Shown in pieces: positions 19,690 through 29,988 of a DNA stretch of 64,000 nt; position 1 is the first letter of the stretch, and each line of letters opens with the position of its first letter. A program made the position numbers and the translations under genes. The DNA lies in the NCBI GenBank assembly GCA_963665295.1, contig OY762209.1, positions 4,224,001 to 4,288,000 on the forward strand. The letters run 5' to 3'. The notes beneath the pieces are model-generated. The model had not been told where the DNA came from and searched no databases. It saw only the letters and a list, made by a program, of their open reading frames with translations. The DNA comes from Syntrophorhabdaceae bacterium (GTDB lineage: Bacteria; Desulfobacterota; Syntrophorhabdia; Syntrophorhabdales; Syntrophorhabdaceae).

Positions 19690-19763
19690 TGGCTGGGGGA
19701 CGGGGATTTGAACCTCGATTCGCGGAGTCAGAGTCCGATGTCCTGCCGTTGAACGATCCCCCA
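19690..19763 (-). tRNA. tRNA-Gln(CTG)
   Basis: Reverse complement TGGGGGATCGTTCAACGGCAGGACATCGGACTCTGACTCCGCGAATCGAGGTTCAAATCCCCGTCCCCCAGCCA; cloverleaf, CTG anticodon, encoded CCA. Confidence 0.93.
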
Positions 19764-19947
19764 ACAACTCATAATCTTTGTCGTCGGTGTTAATCATTTA
19801 TCAGAATATGAATTTCAAGTCAAACATTTTCTCTGTATCAAGGCATAAAATACTGGGAGGGCCCTTTCTGCGCAGGTACCCCACGGTTCCGTGCCCTCAA
19901 TAAACGGCTCGGCGTAATGAGGCTCTCCGGCGACCGGAACGGTTCTT

Positions 19948-20484
19948 CTACTCGATCAGCAGGAATGCGTACCTGTTCATGGTTTCGGTGTAATCCTTCA
20001 GCACGTGAATGGGGTAACCCACGCTGCGCACCGTGGCATACACGTCTATGCCGAGGGCGTCCGCCCCGGGGCGGGCCAATCTCGGGTTTTTGCACTCGGT
20101 GCGGTTTACGGAGCAGGTATCGCAGACTCCGCAACCTTCGAAAGGTATGAGCAGCGCCTTGTAGTACCCCGAAAGGAATACCTCCCTTTCCAGTTCCACC
20201 AGTCTCGGAAGCACGGCTCTGCTCCATGGTTTGCGATCCTCGGGCTTTTCCACGCTCTTTTCGAAATGGAATACGGCAGCCTCGACATATTCGGAAATCA
20301 TCTGCCGGCATTCATCGATAGACGGCACGTTCGGCGGACAGGTTCCGCTCTTACCGTATTGCGGGCATCCGAACATGCAACGGAACCTGACCCATTGGGC
20401 GACCCTGATATGGCGCGCATGAATCCATTTAAAATCGTTAAACCCATGGCTTAAGAATATTTTCTCCAACGTCTCCCTTTCCAC
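19948..20484 (-). CDS. DUF2284 family metal-binding protein
   Basis: VRFRCMFGCPQYGKSGTCPP, GCGVCDTC, ARPGADALGIDV. Confidence 0.85.
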   Translation of the reverse strand: MERETLEKIFLSHGFNDFKWIHARHIRVAQWVRFRCMFGCPQYGKSGTCPPNVPSIDECRQMISEYVEAAVFHFEKSVEKPEDRKPWSRAVLPRLVELEREVFLSGYYKALLIPFEGCGVCDTCSVNRTECKNPRLARPGADALGIDVYATVRSVGYPIHVLKDYTETMNRYAFLLIE

Positions 20485-20885
20485 CTTTCAGTCTCCTCTC
20501 ATATGATTTAGTCCCTCCGGCCGGGACCGCCCCCCGCGCTATGATCCATTATTGCACAACCCCTCACGGCATGAAACATGTTTCTGCCACGGTGCCGGCA
20601 CAAGGTCACGTCCGTAGGCGGAGAGGAGATAGATTTGTACACTTAAGTGTTTCACGAGTATACCTGATTGTGGTATATCATCTTTATGTAAGTTCGCCCC
20701 GGTTCAGTATTGCCCGCGGGGGAAAGTCCGGCATGGAGAGTGCCGCGCCCCTCGCCGCATACCGTGCGAATCGACGCGCACAGGATTCATAACGGACTTT
20801 CCTTTTGCATTATCCCCTTGGATCGTTCCGTGAATGCACTGCAGTTGAGAGGCAGGTTTCAATTCTTCGCAATGGGAGATGAACA

Positions 20886-22112
20886 ATGACGAATAGCGTG
20901 AAAAGGCATGGGGACCCGGACCATCGATCTTTCCGGGGATTCTTCCTGATCGCAGTATGTGCCGGCCTGGCAATGTTCGTAGCCATGAGTTGTGGAAAAG
21001 GGACACCCGTGGAACACGAAGTGCCCACGGTGGAGGTGACAAATGTGGTACAGAAGGATGTGCCCGTTTACGTCGAATGGGTAGGCACCTCGGACGGCTT
21101 TATCAACGCGGTGATCCGCGCCCAGGTCCAGGGATACCTTATCAAACAGAGCTATTCGGAAGGGGATTTCGTCAAGAAGGGGCAATTGCTCTTCGAAATA
21201 GACCCACGGCCCTTCCAGGCGGCAGTGGACCAGGCAAAGGGAACCCTGGCGATCTCGGAGGCCCAGTGGGCCAACGCCAAGGCCAATCTCAAAAGGGTCA
21301 AGCCTCTGGCCGCTGAAAACGCGGTGAGCCAGAAAGACCTGGACGATGCCGTCGCCTCGGAACAGTCATTCCGAGCCCAGACCCAGGCGAATCAGGCAGC
21401 CCTGGAAAAAGCCCAGTTGGATCTCAGCTTTACCAAGATCGTCTCCCTTATCGACGGCATAGCGGGCATCGCCAAGACACAGGTAGGGGATCTGGTCGGC
21501 CCGAACCAGGCAGAAGAGTTGACCACCGTTTCCAAGATTGACCCTATCAAAGTATATATCAATGTAAGCGAACAGGAATATCTCAAGGCCTCTCAGATGA
21601 AGCACGCGAACCTCGAAAAGGCCGTCCTCGACCTGATCCTTACCGACGGGAGCACGTATCCGCATAAAGGCAAGTTTTTCATTGCAGACCGGCAGGTCGA
21701 TGTGAAGACGGGAACAATTAAGGTTGCCTGCCTATTCAGAAACCCCGCCCATCTCCTCCGGCCGGGACAGTTCACCAAAGTGAAGGCTCTCCTTGGGACC
21801 AGAAAAAATGCTCTTCTCGTGCCCCAGCGGGCGGTAAGTGAGCTTCAGGGAACCTACCAGGTTGCCGTAGTGGGAGCGGATAACAAGGTCGACATCAGAC
21901 CCGTCAATGTTGCCGAAAAATCAGGCGTTCTCTGGGTGATCGAGAAGGGTCTCAAACCCGGAGAAAGAGTTGTCGCTGAAGGTGTGCAAAAAGTCAGGCA
22001 GGGTATGCCGGTCCACGTCAAACCCTTCCAAACGGACACGCCCATGAGCCCCAAATCCCCGGCCGCTGCCCAAAGCGCGGCAGGAACGGCCTCGGAGACC
22101 GGGAAGAGGTAG
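20886..22112 (+). CDS. RND efflux periplasmic adaptor (membrane fusion protein)
   Basis: Lipoprotein-like AMSC; IRAQVQGYL, LFEIDPRPFQ, LRPGQF, GLKPGERVV. Confidence 0.93.
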   Translation: MTNSVKRHGDPDHRSFRGFFLIAVCAGLAMFVAMSCGKGTPVEHEVPTVEVTNVVQKDVPVYVEWVGTSDGFINAVIRAQVQGYLIKQSYSEGDFVKKGQLLFEIDPRPFQAAVDQAKGTLAISEAQWANAKANLKRVKPLAAENAVSQKDLDDAVASEQSFRAQTQANQAALEKAQLDLSFTKIVSLIDGIAGIAKTQVGDLVGPNQAEELTTVSKIDPIKVYINVSEQEYLKASQMKHANLEKAVLDLILTDGSTYPHKGKFFIADRQVDVKTGTIKVACLFRNPAHLLRPGQFTKVKALLGTRKNALLVPQRAVSELQGTYQVAVVGADNKVDIRPVNVAEKSGVLWVIEKGLKPGERVVAEGVQKVRQGMPVHVKPFQTDTPMSPKSPAAAQSAAGTASETGKR

Positions 22113-22118
22113 GCCCCA

Positions 22119-25100
22119 GTGTCGAAATTCTTCATCAACCGCCCCATCGTTGCCATGGTGATCTCCATCCTCATGGTGATTGTAGGTATCGTTGCCATGC
22201 TCGGGCTTCCCATAGCCCAATTTCCGAGCATCGTGCCGCCCGAAATCCAGGTGCAGACAACTTTTCTGGGCGCCGACGCCCTCACCGTCGAACAGTCCGT
22301 GGCGACACCCCTCGAACAGCAGGTCAACGGTGTGGACAACATGCTCTACATGTACTCCATCAACGCCAACAACGGCCAGATGACCCTCCGCGTGGCCTTT
22401 GACGTTGCGACGGACCCCAACATCGATCAGGTTCTGACCCAGATGCGGCAGCAGCAGGCCCAGAGTCAGTTGCCCCAGAGCGTCAGAAACTACGGTATTA
22501 CGAACCCTAAATCCCTGAGCAGCCCCCTAATGCTCATCACCCTTTACTCGCCAAAGGGGACATACGACGCCACGTTCCTTGCAAACTATGCCTACATCAA
22601 CATAAACGATCCTCTGTCCCGGAGCACCGGCGTAGGTCAGGTCCAGATCTTCGGGGCAGGCCAGTATGCGATGAGAATCTGGTTAAAGCCCGATCAACTC
22701 GCAAAACTCGAAATTACCGCACCTGAAATATGGTCCTGCCTGAATTCGCAGAACAAGGTGAATCCGGTGGGGCAAGTGGGTGCGGAACCGTCGCCCAAAG
22801 GGCAGGAATTCACTTACACCCTGAGAACCCAGGGGCGTCTTGTCACTGAGGAGGAATTCGGAGACATCGTGGTCCGCGCCAAACCTGACGGCTCCATCGT
22901 CCGCCTGAAGGACGTAGCCCGCATCGAGTTGGGAGCCCAGATGTACAATATCATCGGCAGGATGAACGGGGCGCCTGCGGCTATCCTTGCCGTGTACCAG
23001 CTCCCGGGGTCCAATGCGATCGACGCCGCGAAAGGCGTCAAGAAGATGATGGAGGAAATGAAACGGCGTTTCCCCCAGGACCTCGACTATCAGGTCTCTC
23101 TCGATACCACCCTTGCGGTAACGGAAGGTATCGATGAAATCGTCACTACCCTCTGGGAAGCGGTCTTGCTCGTTATCTTTGTGGTGTTTATCTTTCTCCA
23201 GGGATGGAGGGCGACCCTGATCCCTCTTGTGGCCGTGCCTGTTTCCCTTATCGGAACTTTTGCGGTCTTCCCACTTTTGGGATTCTCCATCAACACCCTG
23301 TCTCTCTTCGGACTCGTCCTTGCCGTCGGTCTCGTGGTGGACGACGCCATTGTAGTAGTCGAAGCGGTGGAGCACCATATCGAAGAAGGCATGTCGCCCA
23401 AGGATGCAACCCTCAAGGCCATGGAGGAGGTGTCAGGTCCCGTGGTGGCTATTGCCCTTATCCTTGCGGCTGTCTTCGTCCCCACCGCCTTTATTCCCGG
23501 CATTACGGGCAGACTCTACCAGCAGTTCGCAGTCACCATCGCCATATCGATGCTTATCTCCGCCTTTAACGCCCTTACTCTGAGCCCGGCTCTCGCGGCC
23601 CTGCTGCTGAGACCAAAAAAGGAATCGCAAGGGGTGCTGGGTAGGCTCTTCCGGGGGTTCAACACCTGGTTTGCCCGTGCCCTGGACGGCTATGTGGGCA
23701 TATGCGGCATACTTATAAAGAAGTCGGTGCGAAGCCTTCTATTCCTTGGTCTCGTAATAGTGGCCGTCTGCTTTCTGGGCATGAAGCTGCCCAGCGGCTT
23801 CCTCCCGGAAGAAGATCAGGGTTTCTTCTATCTGGACGTCCAGCTCCCGGAAGCATCTTCTCTCCAAAGACTCGATGCAACGTGCAAGAAGATCGAGGAT
23901 ATACTCAAGAAGACCCCCGCCGTGGAGGTGTTTAACACCATTGTCGGGTATAGCATACTCAGTCAGGTAAACACCACCTACAACGCATATTTCTCGGTCA
24001 CCCTGAAGCCATGGCACAAGAGGAACAAAGGGAACGAAAAATACGCCGCCATCATGGCCCACGTGAACCGCGAGCTGAAAAAGTTGCCCTCCACCGAGGC
24101 CTTCGCCTTTTCACCACCGGCGATCCCCGGCATCGGCACATCGGGCGGCATCACCTTCATGCTCGAAGACCGGGCGGGAAGAGGCATCGATTTTCTGGCC
24201 GACAGCACGAAAAAGTTTCTGACCGAAGCCCGGAAGCAGCCTGAATTTGCGTCGGTGAGCACATCATTCTACCCGTCGGTACCGCAGATGTACGCAAGTG
24301 TGGACCGCGACAAGGCCCTCAAGCAGGGCGTTGTCCTCTCCGAGCTATACCAGACGCTTCAGTCCTTCATGGGTGGCCCTTTCGTGAACTATTTCAACCG
24401 ATTCGGCCGTCAATGGCAGGTTTATCTCCTCGCCGACGGCCAGTACCGCACCAAACCTGACGATATCGGCAGGTTTTACGTACGGAACAAGACCGGACAG
24501 ATGGTTCCCCTCTCAAGCCTCGTGGAGATCAAGCAAAGCGCCGGACCGGAGTTTACCCTGCGATACAACGAGTACCGCGCGTCCCAGATCAATGTGATAC
24601 CCGCCCCTGGTCACAGTTCGGGCCAGGCCATGGCAGCCCTCGAAGGCGTGTTCAAACGCACCATGTCCACGGGCATGGGGTTCGACTACATGGGCATGTC
24701 GTATCAGCAGAAGGTGGCGACTGAAGGCGTACCACCTATGGTGATATTCGGTCTGTCTCTCCTGTTTGTGTTCCTGATCCTTGCGGCCCAGTATGAAAGC
24801 TGGTCTCTCCCGTTCAGCGTTCTTCTCGGTACGCCTATCGCGGTTTTCGGCGCCTTCCTGGGTATCTGGCTAAGGTCGATGGAAAATAACGTGTACGCCC
24901 AGATAGGGCTCGTGATGCTTATCGGCATGGCAGCGAAGAACGCCATCCTTATCGTCGAATTCGCGAAGGCAAAATTTGACGCAGGGGAATCCATAACCAA
25001 GGCGGCTCTTGACGGTGCGCGACTCCGTTTCCGTCCGATCCTCATGACCGCCCTCGCCTTTATTCTCGGCACGGTCCCCCTCGCTATGGCGTCCGGTTCG

Positions 25101-25295
25101 GGCGCCCAATCTCGGCGGATACTGGGGACCGTGGTGATCGGGGGGATGCTGGCGGCCACGCTGATAGCCGTCTTTCTTATCCCCGTAACGTTCTACGTGG
25201 TGGAGAAACTGGCACACCGTAAAGGCCCGCAACCCGCCGGTCCTCCCTCCGCGACCCCTCCACCACTGGAAGGAGAACCCCAGACCCATGAATAA
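22119..25295 (+). CDS. HAE1-family RND efflux transporter (copy 1)
   Basis: FFINRPIVA, GLVVDDAIVVVE, AKNAILIVEF, RFRPILMT. Confidence 0.95.
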   Translation: MSKFFINRPIVAMVISILMVIVGIVAMLGLPIAQFPSIVPPEIQVQTTFLGADALTVEQSVATPLEQQVNGVDNMLYMYSINANNGQMTLRVAFDVATDPNIDQVLTQMRQQQAQSQLPQSVRNYGITNPKSLSSPLMLITLYSPKGTYDATFLANYAYININDPLSRSTGVGQVQIFGAGQYAMRIWLKPDQLAKLEITAPEIWSCLNSQNKVNPVGQVGAEPSPKGQEFTYTLRTQGRLVTEEEFGDIVVRAKPDGSIVRLKDVARIELGAQMYNIIGRMNGAPAAILAVYQLPGSNAIDAAKGVKKMMEEMKRRFPQDLDYQVSLDTTLAVTEGIDEIVTTLWEAVLLVIFVVFIFLQGWRATLIPLVAVPVSLIGTFAVFPLLGFSINTLSLFGLVLAVGLVVDDAIVVVEAVEHHIEEGMSPKDATLKAMEEVSGPVVAIALILAAVFVPTAFIPGITGRLYQQFAVTIAISMLISAFNALTLSPALAALLLRPKKESQGVLGRLFRGFNTWFARALDGYVGICGILIKKSVRSLLFLGLVIVAVCFLGMKLPSGFLPEEDQGFFYLDVQLPEASSLQRLDATCKKIEDILKKTPAVEVFNTIVGYSILSQVNTTYNAYFSVTLKPWHKRNKGNEKYAAIMAHVNRELKKLPSTEAFAFSPPAIPGIGTSGGITFMLEDRAGRGIDFLADSTKKFLTEARKQPEFASVSTSFYPSVPQMYASVDRDKALKQGVVLSELYQTLQSFMGGPFVNYFNRFGRQWQVYLLADGQYRTKPDDIGRFYVRNKTGQMVPLSSLVEIKQSAGPEFTLRYNEYRASQINVIPAPGHSSGQAMAALEGVFKRTMSTGMGFDYMGMSYQQKVATEGVPPMVIFGLSLLFVFLILAAQYESWSLPFSVLLGTPIAVFGAFLGIWLRSMENNVYAQIGLVMLIGMAAKNAILIVEFAKAKFDAGESITKAALDGARLRFRPILMTALAFILGTVPLAMASGSGAQSRRILGTVVIGGMLAATLIAVFLIPVTFYVVEKLAHRKGPQPAGPPSATPPPLEGEPQTHE

Positions 25296-25327
25296 GCCGG
25301 GGATGCCCGCGAGGCCGGAATAGATCG

Positions 25328-28300
25328 ATGATGTCCAAGTTCTTTGTCAACAGACCCATCGTTGCCATGGTGATCGCCATTATCACGGTCATCGTAGGCG
25401 TTGTCGCCATGATAAGGCTACCTGTAGCCGAGTTTCCCGACATCGTTCCACCGGAAATCCTCATTCAGGCCACATACACGGGCGCCGATGCCCTTACCCT
25501 TGAACAGGCTGTTGCGACCCCTATCGAGCAGCAGATGAGTGGCGTGGATAACATGATCTACATGTATTCCGTCAATGCCAACAACGGGGAAACCCAGTTG
25601 AGGGTTGACTTTGATGTGGGTACGGACCCGAACACCGATGAGGTGCTTGCCCAAATGCGCTTCGGACAGGCGGAATCGCAGCTCCCCTCCGAAGTCAACG
25701 CCATGGGCGTGACCATAAAGAAATCGGCGAGCAGCCCTCTCGTGGTCTTTTCCATCTATTCACCAAAAGAGACCTACGATCAGGTCTTTCTCGCAAACTA
25801 TGCCTACATTAACCTCAATGATCCTCTCGCCAGAGTCAAAGGTGTGGGCCAGGTGCAAATCTTCGGCGCAGGTCAGTACGCCATGCGCTTGTGGGTAAAA
25901 CCCGATCACCTCGCCAAATTAGGGATCACGGTAGATGAGATCTCCGACGCCATTCAGTCTCAGAGCACCGTCAACCCGTCAGGCCAACTGGGGGCGGAAC
26001 CCGCGCCGCCCGGCCAGGAATTCACCTATTCCGTAATAGGGCAAGGAAGGCTCACCACGGAAAAGGAGTTCGGAGATATCGTGGTCCGCGCCAATAGCGA
26101 CGGCTCCTACGTGCGGGTGAAGGATGTGGCGCGGGTTGAACTCGGCGCGCAGTATTACAACGTCTTCGGTCGCTTCAACCGCAAACCCGCTGCCGTCATC
26201 GCCGTGTACCAACTCCCCGGCTCCAACGCCATCGATACGGCGAAAAGGGCCATAAAGCTTATGGACGAGTGGAAGCAGCGGTTCCCCAACGATCTCGAGT
26301 ATACGGTCTGCCTCGATACCACCCTCGCCGTGTCCGCGGGCATGAAAGAGATCGTGAAGACCCTTATTGAGGCCCTCATACTTGTCATTATCGTAGTTTT
26401 TCTCTTTCTTCAGGGGTGGCGGGCCACCTTGATCCCCCTGTGCGCCGTGCCCGTATCCCTCGTGGGGACCTTTGCCCTTTTTCCGCTTTTTGGATTCTCC
26501 ATCAACACCCTGTCTCTTTTCGGTCTCGTCCTGGCCATCGGCCTCGTAGTGGACGATGCCATCGTCGTGGTTGAAGCCGTAGAGGCTCATATTGAACGGG
26601 GTTTGTCCCCAAAAGACGCGACCCTCAAAGCCATGGAGGAGGTATCAGGTCCTGTTATCGCCATTGCGTTAATCCTTGCCGCGGTCTTTATCCCCACGGC
26701 CTTTATTCCGGGCATCACAGGCAGGCTTTACCAGCAGTTTGCAGTAACCATCGCCATATCCGTCCTCATTTCTGCATTCAATGCCCTTACTCTGAGCCCT
26801 GCCCTTGCGGCCATACTTCTCCGGCCGAAGACCAAAGTCTGGGGACCTCTCCAGAGGTTCTACGACTGGTTCAACCGCGTCTTCAAGCGTGCCGTGGACG
26901 GTTATGTGGGTCTCTGCGGAGCCGCCATACGGAAGGTCTTCATAAGTCTTCTCATTCTCGCGGGAGTCACGGCCATGGCCGGAGGGTTCGCCAAGATGGT
27001 GCCGGGAAGCTTCCTCCCCGAGGAAGACCAGGGATATCAGTTTGCCGCCGTGCAGTTGCCCTTCGCTGCCTCCTTGCAGCGGACCGATGAGGTGGTGAAG
27101 AAGATCGAGGAGATTGTGTTGAAAACCCCGGGAGTGAAGTACTGCACTGCCGTCGCCGGTTTTAACCTGCTCAGCCAGGTTACAAACACATATAGCGGCT
27201 TCTTTTTTATCACCCTCGAGGACTGGAGCAAGAGGAAGAAACCCGAGGAGCAGTACGAGGCCATTATGATGCACATTTATGGACAAATGTCTCAACTGAC
27301 TGAAGGCGTCGCCTTTCCGATCTCCCCGCCCGCGATCCCCGGCATAGGCACAGCCGGCGGGTTTACCTTTGTCCTCGAAGATCGTGCAGGGAAAGATATC
27401 GCCTTCCTTGCCCGGAACGTGCAGACCTTCCTCCAGGCAGCCCGCAAAAGGCCGGAACTCAGTTCCCTGGCTACCACTTTCAGTCCCGCGGTGCCCCAGG
27501 TCTACGTCAACGTGGAACGCGAAAAAGCCCTCAAGCAAGGCGTCCCTCTCGACAATATATATGAGACCCTCCAGTGTTTTATGGGAGGGACCTTTGTCAA
27601 TTACTTCAACCGCTTCGGACGCCAGTGGCAGGTCTTTGTGCAGGCCGAGGGCGATTACCGCCGAGACACGGAAGGCCTTTCCCAGTTCTATGTGAGGAAT
27701 AACACCGGCAACATGGTCCCCTTGTCGGCCCTCGCCACGGTGAAAGCCACATCAGGGCCCGAATTCACCGTGAGGTATAACCAGTACAGGAGCGCCCAGA
27801 TTTACGGAAGTGCTGCGCCCGGCTACAGTTCAGGTCAGGCTATGAAGGCTTTGGAGGAAACTTTTGCCCAGACCATGCCGCGGGAAATGGGATTCGACTA
27901 TATGGGCATGTCATATCAGGAAAAGAAAGCCCAGCAGGGCGTGCCGGTAGCGGCAATTTTCGGATTCTCCCTTCTCTGCGTATTTCTTATTCTCGCCGCC
28001 CAGTATGAAAGCTGGTCCCTGCCGTTTAGCGTACTCCTCGGTACCCCCATCGCAGTGATGGGCGCTTTTCTCGCCCTTCTTATCCGCGGGCAAGAGAACA
28101 ACGTATACGCCCAGATCGGTCTCGTCATGCTCATCGGACTTGCGGCGAAGAATGCCATCCTTATCGTAGAGTTTGCAAAAACGGAGTACGAGAAAGGGAT
28201 GCCTCTCGTCGACGCGGCGCTTTACGGCGCACGCCTGCGTCTGAGACCTATACTCATGACCTCATTTGCCTTTATCCTTGGCTGCGTTCCCCTCGCGACA

Positions 28301-28495
28301 GCCAAAGGAGCCGGTGCGCTCTCGCGCCAGATCATGGGCACGGCAGTTATCGGAGGCATGGCAGCGGCCACTGCAATAGCTATTTTCTTAATACCGGTAA
28401 CGTTCTACGTGGTTGAAAGACTCTCGCATCGGGGGGAAGCAGGGGTACCTCCGGAAAACAAGGGAGGAGAAAAGGAGGGAGGAGAACGTGCGTAA
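25328..28495 (+). CDS. HAE1-family RND efflux transporter (copy 2)
   Basis: FFVNRPIVA, GLVVDDAIVVVE, AKNAILIVEF, RLRPILMT; clear paralog of copy 1. Confidence 0.95.
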   Translation: MMSKFFVNRPIVAMVIAIITVIVGVVAMIRLPVAEFPDIVPPEILIQATYTGADALTLEQAVATPIEQQMSGVDNMIYMYSVNANNGETQLRVDFDVGTDPNTDEVLAQMRFGQAESQLPSEVNAMGVTIKKSASSPLVVFSIYSPKETYDQVFLANYAYINLNDPLARVKGVGQVQIFGAGQYAMRLWVKPDHLAKLGITVDEISDAIQSQSTVNPSGQLGAEPAPPGQEFTYSVIGQGRLTTEKEFGDIVVRANSDGSYVRVKDVARVELGAQYYNVFGRFNRKPAAVIAVYQLPGSNAIDTAKRAIKLMDEWKQRFPNDLEYTVCLDTTLAVSAGMKEIVKTLIEALILVIIVVFLFLQGWRATLIPLCAVPVSLVGTFALFPLFGFSINTLSLFGLVLAIGLVVDDAIVVVEAVEAHIERGLSPKDATLKAMEEVSGPVIAIALILAAVFIPTAFIPGITGRLYQQFAVTIAISVLISAFNALTLSPALAAILLRPKTKVWGPLQRFYDWFNRVFKRAVDGYVGLCGAAIRKVFISLLILAGVTAMAGGFAKMVPGSFLPEEDQGYQFAAVQLPFAASLQRTDEVVKKIEEIVLKTPGVKYCTAVAGFNLLSQVTNTYSGFFFITLEDWSKRKKPEEQYEAIMMHIYGQMSQLTEGVAFPISPPAIPGIGTAGGFTFVLEDRAGKDIAFLARNVQTFLQAARKRPELSSLATTFSPAVPQVYVNVEREKALKQGVPLDNIYETLQCFMGGTFVNYFNRFGRQWQVFVQAEGDYRRDTEGLSQFYVRNNTGNMVPLSALATVKATSGPEFTVRYNQYRSAQIYGSAAPGYSSGQAMKALEETFAQTMPREMGFDYMGMSYQEKKAQQGVPVAAIFGFSLLCVFLILAAQYESWSLPFSVLLGTPIAVMGAFLALLIRGQENNVYAQIGLVMLIGLAAKNAILIVEFAKTEYEKGMPLVDAALYGARLRLRPILMTSFAFILGCVPLATAKGAGALSRQIMGTAVIGGMAAATAIAIFLIPVTFYVVERLSHRGEAGVPPENKGGEKEGGERA

Positions 28496-29912
28496 GCTTA
28501 TCGTCTTCTTGGTGTTTATCCTGTCACTCGTCGGTTGCGCCATCGGACCGGACTATAAACGTCCTGCCATCGACACGCCGTCGACATGGCGTCTGGACGA
28601 AAGACAAGCAAACAATCTGGCTAATACCATGTGGTGGGAGCAATTCGATGACCCCGTGCTCAATGATCTGGTCACAAGCGCTCTCAAGGAAAACTATGAT
28701 GTCAAAATCGCCGCCGCGAGAGTTGAGGAGTTTGTGGGTCAGTACTGGATCGCCAGAGCAGGTTTCTTTCCTCAGATAAGCGCCACAGGTCAGGGTGGCA
28801 GGCAACGTCTCAGTGATAACACCTCTACCTCGCTCTCATCTTCGCCCCTCGCTTCCGGTTTCAACAATCCCTCCACCAGTTATCAGGGCGGCTTTAGCGG
28901 GTCCTGGGAAATAGATGTCTGGGGTCGTCTGAGGCGAGCCACAGAGGCAGCCCGGGCAGATCTTCTCAGTACGGAAGAAGGCAAGAGAAGCGTGATCCTT
29001 ACCCTCGTCAGCAACGTGGCAAACGGTTACGTGAATCTGAGGGACCTTGACAAACAACTGCAGATAGCGCAAAGCACAACGGAAAGCAGGCGCCAGTCTC
29101 TCAGGCTCACCGACTTGAGGTTCAAGAACGGTCTCATATCGCTGTTGGACCTGTCACAAGTAAAGTCCGAGTATGAACAGGCAGCGGCGACCGTCCCCTC
29201 CCTCAAGAAGCAGATCACCCTCCAGGAGAACGCGCTCTGCGTACTTCTCGCGAGAAACCCCGGTCCCATACCAAGAGGCAAGAGCATCGACGACCTCGTG
29301 CTGCCGGCAGTGCCCGCGGGCCTTCCGTCCGATCTCCTCGAACGGCGTCCCGACATCCGTCAGGCCGAGCAGGAACTTATCGCAGCCAATGCCCGTATAG
29401 GGGTTGCCAAGGCCGCATTCTTCCCCGCTATATCCCTTACCGGCGCTTTTGGCTGGTCGAGCGCTCAGTTGTCAAATCTCGTGTCGGGGCCTTCCCAGGC
29501 GTGGAACTGGGCAGGGACCTTCAACGCCCCTATCTTCACAGGCGGAGCTCTCATGGGCCAACTCATGGTAAACGAAGCGCAGCAGCAGCAATTACTCTTT
29601 CAATACAAGAAAGCCATCCAAACCGCGTTCCAGGAAGTGAACGACTCTCTGGAAACCCAGAAACAGACACGGGAGCAACTCGTCGTTCAGGCGCGTCAGG
29701 TCGATGCGCTCCGGACCTATGCGAAGGTGGCCAGACGGCGTTACGACAACGGGTATACGAGCTATATGGAGGTCCTCGATGCAGAAAGAAGCCTTTTCAA
29801 CGCCGAACTTTCCTATGCCCAGACACAGGGCATTCTGTTCCAGTCCTTTGTAAACCTCTATAAGGCCACGGGAGGGGGTTGGGTCATGGAAGCAGAGAAG
29901 ATCGCCAAGTGA
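28488..29912 (+). CDS. RND outer-membrane factor lipoprotein (NodT/OprM family)
   Basis: GTG start after GGAGG; lipobox LVGC-AIGPDY; LLERRPDI; GGGW near the C-terminus. Confidence 0.93.
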   Translation: MRKLIVFLVFILSLVGCAIGPDYKRPAIDTPSTWRLDERQANNLANTMWWEQFDDPVLNDLVTSALKENYDVKIAAARVEEFVGQYWIARAGFFPQISATGQGGRQRLSDNTSTSLSSSPLASGFNNPSTSYQGGFSGSWEIDVWGRLRRATEAARADLLSTEEGKRSVILTLVSNVANGYVNLRDLDKQLQIAQSTTESRRQSLRLTDLRFKNGLISLLDLSQVKSEYEQAAATVPSLKKQITLQENALCVLLARNPGPIPRGKSIDDLVLPAVPAGLPSDLLERRPDIRQAEQELIAANARIGVAKAAFFPAISLTGAFGWSSAQLSNLVSGPSQAWNWAGTFNAPIFTGGALMGQLMVNEAQQQQLLFQYKKAIQTAFQEVNDSLETQKQTREQLVVQARQVDALRTYAKVARRRYDNGYTSYMEVLDAERSLFNAELSYAQTQGILFQSFVNLYKATGGGWVMEAEKIAK

Positions 29913-29988
29913 TAACCGGTTATCGAGGTGGTCCTGCGCCCGCGGGTCGGGCCAGGCCAGGTTCGACCCCGGCGGTTTTCCTTCCCTG

